Source: an uncultured Lentisphaerales bacterium
GTDB taxonomy: Bacteria; Verrucomicrobiota; Lentisphaeria; JABSQK01; UBA12247
Length of the DNA: 64,000 nucleotides
Assembly (NCBI GenBank): GCA_943788985.1
Contig: CALSSJ010000043.1
Coordinates: 1-64,000 of the forward strand
Direction: 5' to 3'
In this document: one piece after another, positions 61,645 to 64,000 of the stretch
Layout: the number at the start of each line of letters is the position of its first letter
Position numbering within the stretch: the first letter of the stretch is position 1
The notes under the pieces: model-generated
Databases searched by the model: none
What the model was told of the DNA's origin: nothing
What the model saw: the letters and a program-made list of their open reading frames with translations, nothing else
Made by a program: the position numbers and the translations under genes

Positions 61645-64000
61645 CTACTTTTCGAAAGGAATGATGTAGCGAAATCCGATGTCTGAAGGCACGGCTTCAC
61701 TTTGGCTTGAGGCTGTACACGGCAGCAGGTAGCTGGGGGTGGAACTGCTGCTGCCACGGATCTCGAAGAACGGGTTGTCATCAGAGTAAAGAGTATCCGT
61801 CCATTCACGAGCGTTTCCGGCGAGATCCTGGATTCCATACACGGAGGTGTCGGTGCCAAGAGACCCCACGGGGGCAAGAAAGCCGAACTCCTTCTGGGCG
61901 GAGCCATTGTCTAAGGTAAACGCACGATCGCTCAGCACGGCGTCCCCCCAAATGTAGCGGCGGCCATCGACACCGCGGGCAGCCTTCTCCCATTGACGAG
62001 AGGTCGGCAGCCATGCTTTCACGCCTTGATTCAAGCGCAACCAGGAGCAATACTGCCGAGCCGCGTTGTGGGTGATGCCGACCACGGGGTGTACCTCGGA
62101 AACGTTGCTGACATAACGGCCGGAGCTGTCCCAAGCGGGTGTAAATGAGCGCTCGTTGGCAAGCAACCGCAGTTGCGGGACCAAGTCTGAACGGCGGTTA
62201 CCACCGCTCGGGTCGGCCCAATAGGCAAAGAACTCGCCGAATGTCACTTCGGTGGTGCGCATGAAGAAACCGGGCAGATGGGCAATGTGCTTGCGGTGCC
62301 TCAGGCTGGCATCTCCCCCGGCTATGTAGGGTCCGCCGGGCACATACTCGGTCCCTTGCGGGATTTTGTCGGGAAGAGCCACGGTCTGCTCAAAGGAGCC
62401 GCCCGGCTCCAGCTTCACGGGGAGCCGAACTTTCTTCCCAAAATACTCGAGAACAGTGACATAAGACCCCGGAGCACACTGATACTGCACCGTCCCCTTC
62501 CCTAGCAACACAGGATCGCCTTCCTCTAAGACCCCATCTACATCCGTGAGCGCGATGAGAGAGATTTTGGCGGCCACCGGCTCCGTGGCAAGCTTGAGTG
62601 TAGCTGGTGCGTTTAACGTGGCCTGCAGTGTCTCGGCAAGCTCGTCCATTCCGGCAGCGGCAAAAATGGGTCTGGCCCGCTCCAACAGGGCGGGGAACTG
62701 TTTCGGCGTGGACTCCAGGCAATCCTTCAGCTGAATGTGATGCAGCTCTGCCTGAGATTTTCGCCAGGCGGAATTGCGACGTTCGTTTGGTACATTTCTC
62801 AGCAGCGCCTCGGCTGCGGCAAGTTTGCGCTGCAACGCGAGTTGTTCACGGTCAACCGCTTCGGCGAGGAGGAGCTCCTCGGGATTCAATTTGCGGGAGA
62901 TCTGCTTATTCTGAAGAGTCTCTTGCTTCCTACGCAGCTGCGCTAAATCGCTCTGCTGTGTGGCGGCGGCGGTGAGTTCCGCTTCCACAGCATCAAGTGA
63001 AACTTCGCGCTCGACGACGACCTGCTCTTTCTTTGCAGTCATCGCGACGACTGCTGCCGGAATGATGGCTGCCAGGAGGAGCATGGAAAGCATCGCAACC
63101 TTGGATCCGCCCCCCGATTGTTTCGGGATTGACTCTTGTATGGCCTCCAAGATATCATCAACGTTCTCGTAGCGATCCTGGCGCTCTTTTTTCAGGCATA
63201 CCTCACAGACATCGGAGAGCGCTTTGCTCACCTCCCGGTGCTTCTCGCGGGCAGCTGGCGCGTCCTCCGTAAGAATGGCGTTTTTGAGTGTGGACAGCTC
63301 GAGCGCAGGAAAGGGTGCTTCGCCGGTCAGGAGTGCGTAAAGGATCGCTCCCAGGCCATAGACATCGGTCGGCTCGGTGAGTGCAGCGCCACGACGCTCG
63401 ACAGCTTCGGGCGCTTCGTACGCAACAGTCGCCAGCAGGGTTTCCTCGAGCGGCGGTTGCGGCGGCCGTTTGGCTTGCTTCTCAGGCAAGAGAACGGCGT
63501 TCTCCCAGCCGTCGATCATCACGTGACCGCTGTCCGTCACGCAGATCACGTAGGGGCTCAGGTGGGCGTGCACGATGTTTCGAGTGTGGGCGCAGCGAAT
63601 CGTATCGCAAATCTCGCGAAAAAGTTCCAACCGGCGGGACAGCGGATACTTCTCGATGATGTCGGGGTCGCCGCTGTTGATTTGATCCAGCAACTGATTC
63701 AGCGGCAGCCCGGCAGGAAGATCCTTGGTGAAGTACATGGTCCCGTCGAACCGCAAAGCCAGCTCATATACTCTGGGAACTCCGAGATGCTCCAAGCGTG
63801 ACAGGACTCTTGCTTCCCGCACCAGAGCACGCCGCGGAATGGGGTCATCGCGAAGCCTGGGGTGCAAAGACTTCATCGCCAGATTCCTATCCAACGCATG
63901 GTCGTAGCATTTGTCTGTGGGGCCACGACGATCTACATGCAACGTTTCAAAGTCACAATAGCGATTCTGGAATGCGGTCTGTTCTAGGCACACATCCTCG
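61645..64000 (-). CDS. Ser/Thr pseudokinase - TM - coiled coil - FGE/SUMF1 fusion; 5' end outside the window
   Basis: LAMK, EAR, HAHLSP, APE, DVYGLGAILY; FGE-like TEVT, HPVVGI, LPT..QWEKAARG.DGR, YG..DLAGNAREW, GFR; frame open to the window edge. Confidence 0.88.
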   Translation of the reverse strand, partial: EDVCLEQTAFQNRYCDFETLHVDRRGPTDKCYDHALDRNLAMKSLHPRLRDDPIPRRALVREARVLSRLEHLGVPRVYELALRFDGTMYFTKDLPAGLPLNQLLDQINSGDPDIIEKYPLSRRLELFREICDTIRCAHTRNIVHAHLSPYVICVTDSGHVMIDGWENAVLLPEKQAKRPPQPPLEETLLATVAYEAPEAVERRGAALTEPTDVYGLGAILYALLTGEAPFPALELSTLKNAILTEDAPAAREKHREVSKALSDVCEVCLKKERQDRYENVDDILEAIQESIPKQSGGGSKVAMLSMLLLAAIIPAAVVAMTAKKEQVVVEREVSLDAVEAELTAAATQQSDLAQLRRKQETLQNKQISRKLNPEELLLAEAVDREQLALQRKLAAAEALLRNVPNERRNSAWRKSQAELHHIQLKDCLESTPKQFPALLERARPIFAAAGMDELAETLQATLNAPATLKLATEPVAAKISLIALTDVDGVLEEGDPVLLGKGTVQYQCAPGSYVTVLEYFGKKVRLPVKLEPGGSFEQTVALPDKIPQGTEYVPGGPYIAGGDASLRHRKHIAHLPGFFMRTTEVTFGEFFAYWADPSGGNRRSDLVPQLRLLANERSFTPAWDSSGRYVSNVSEVHPVVGITHNAARQYCSWLRLNQGVKAWLPTSRQWEKAARGVDGRRYIWGDAVLSDRAFTLDNGSAQKEFGFLAPVGSLGTDTSVYGIQDLAGNAREWTDTLYSDDNPFFEIRGSSSSTPSYLLPCTASSQSEAVPSDIGFRYIIPFEK

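Overview
GC-rich bacterial chromosomal window, probably from the PVC superphylum (inferred from the EIGTS-type FtsA, PQQ-propeller, sulfatase, vWA/DUF58 and Ser/Thr-kinase-FGE gene content; not proven). It is mostly housekeeping and carbohydrate metabolism: folP, thiL, cysQ-cysD-cysNC, ilvB-ilvN, nusA-infB, purE-tsaC-ftsA, prc, recB, gcvH-recJ-rnc, GH2, GH4, two GT4s, a sulfatase and a TonB receptor. It also carries tRNA-Leu(TAG) with a decayed HTH + AbiEii-like nucleotidyltransferase pair, and an IS66 remnant. Several genes have single-base frameshifts at homopolymers, which are probably sequencing errors. Two signals stand out. First, many intergenic spacers are built from ~150-240 bp inverted-repeat elements, many starting with CTAG; two 181-bp copies align without gaps at ~66% and show a compensatory change in a central hairpin. 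Second, an operon at the right end joins a catalytically dead kinase-FGE fusion, two PQQ-like beta-propellers and a GT4 with an N-terminal CxxC motif. No CRISPR array, rRNA or intact integrase was seen.
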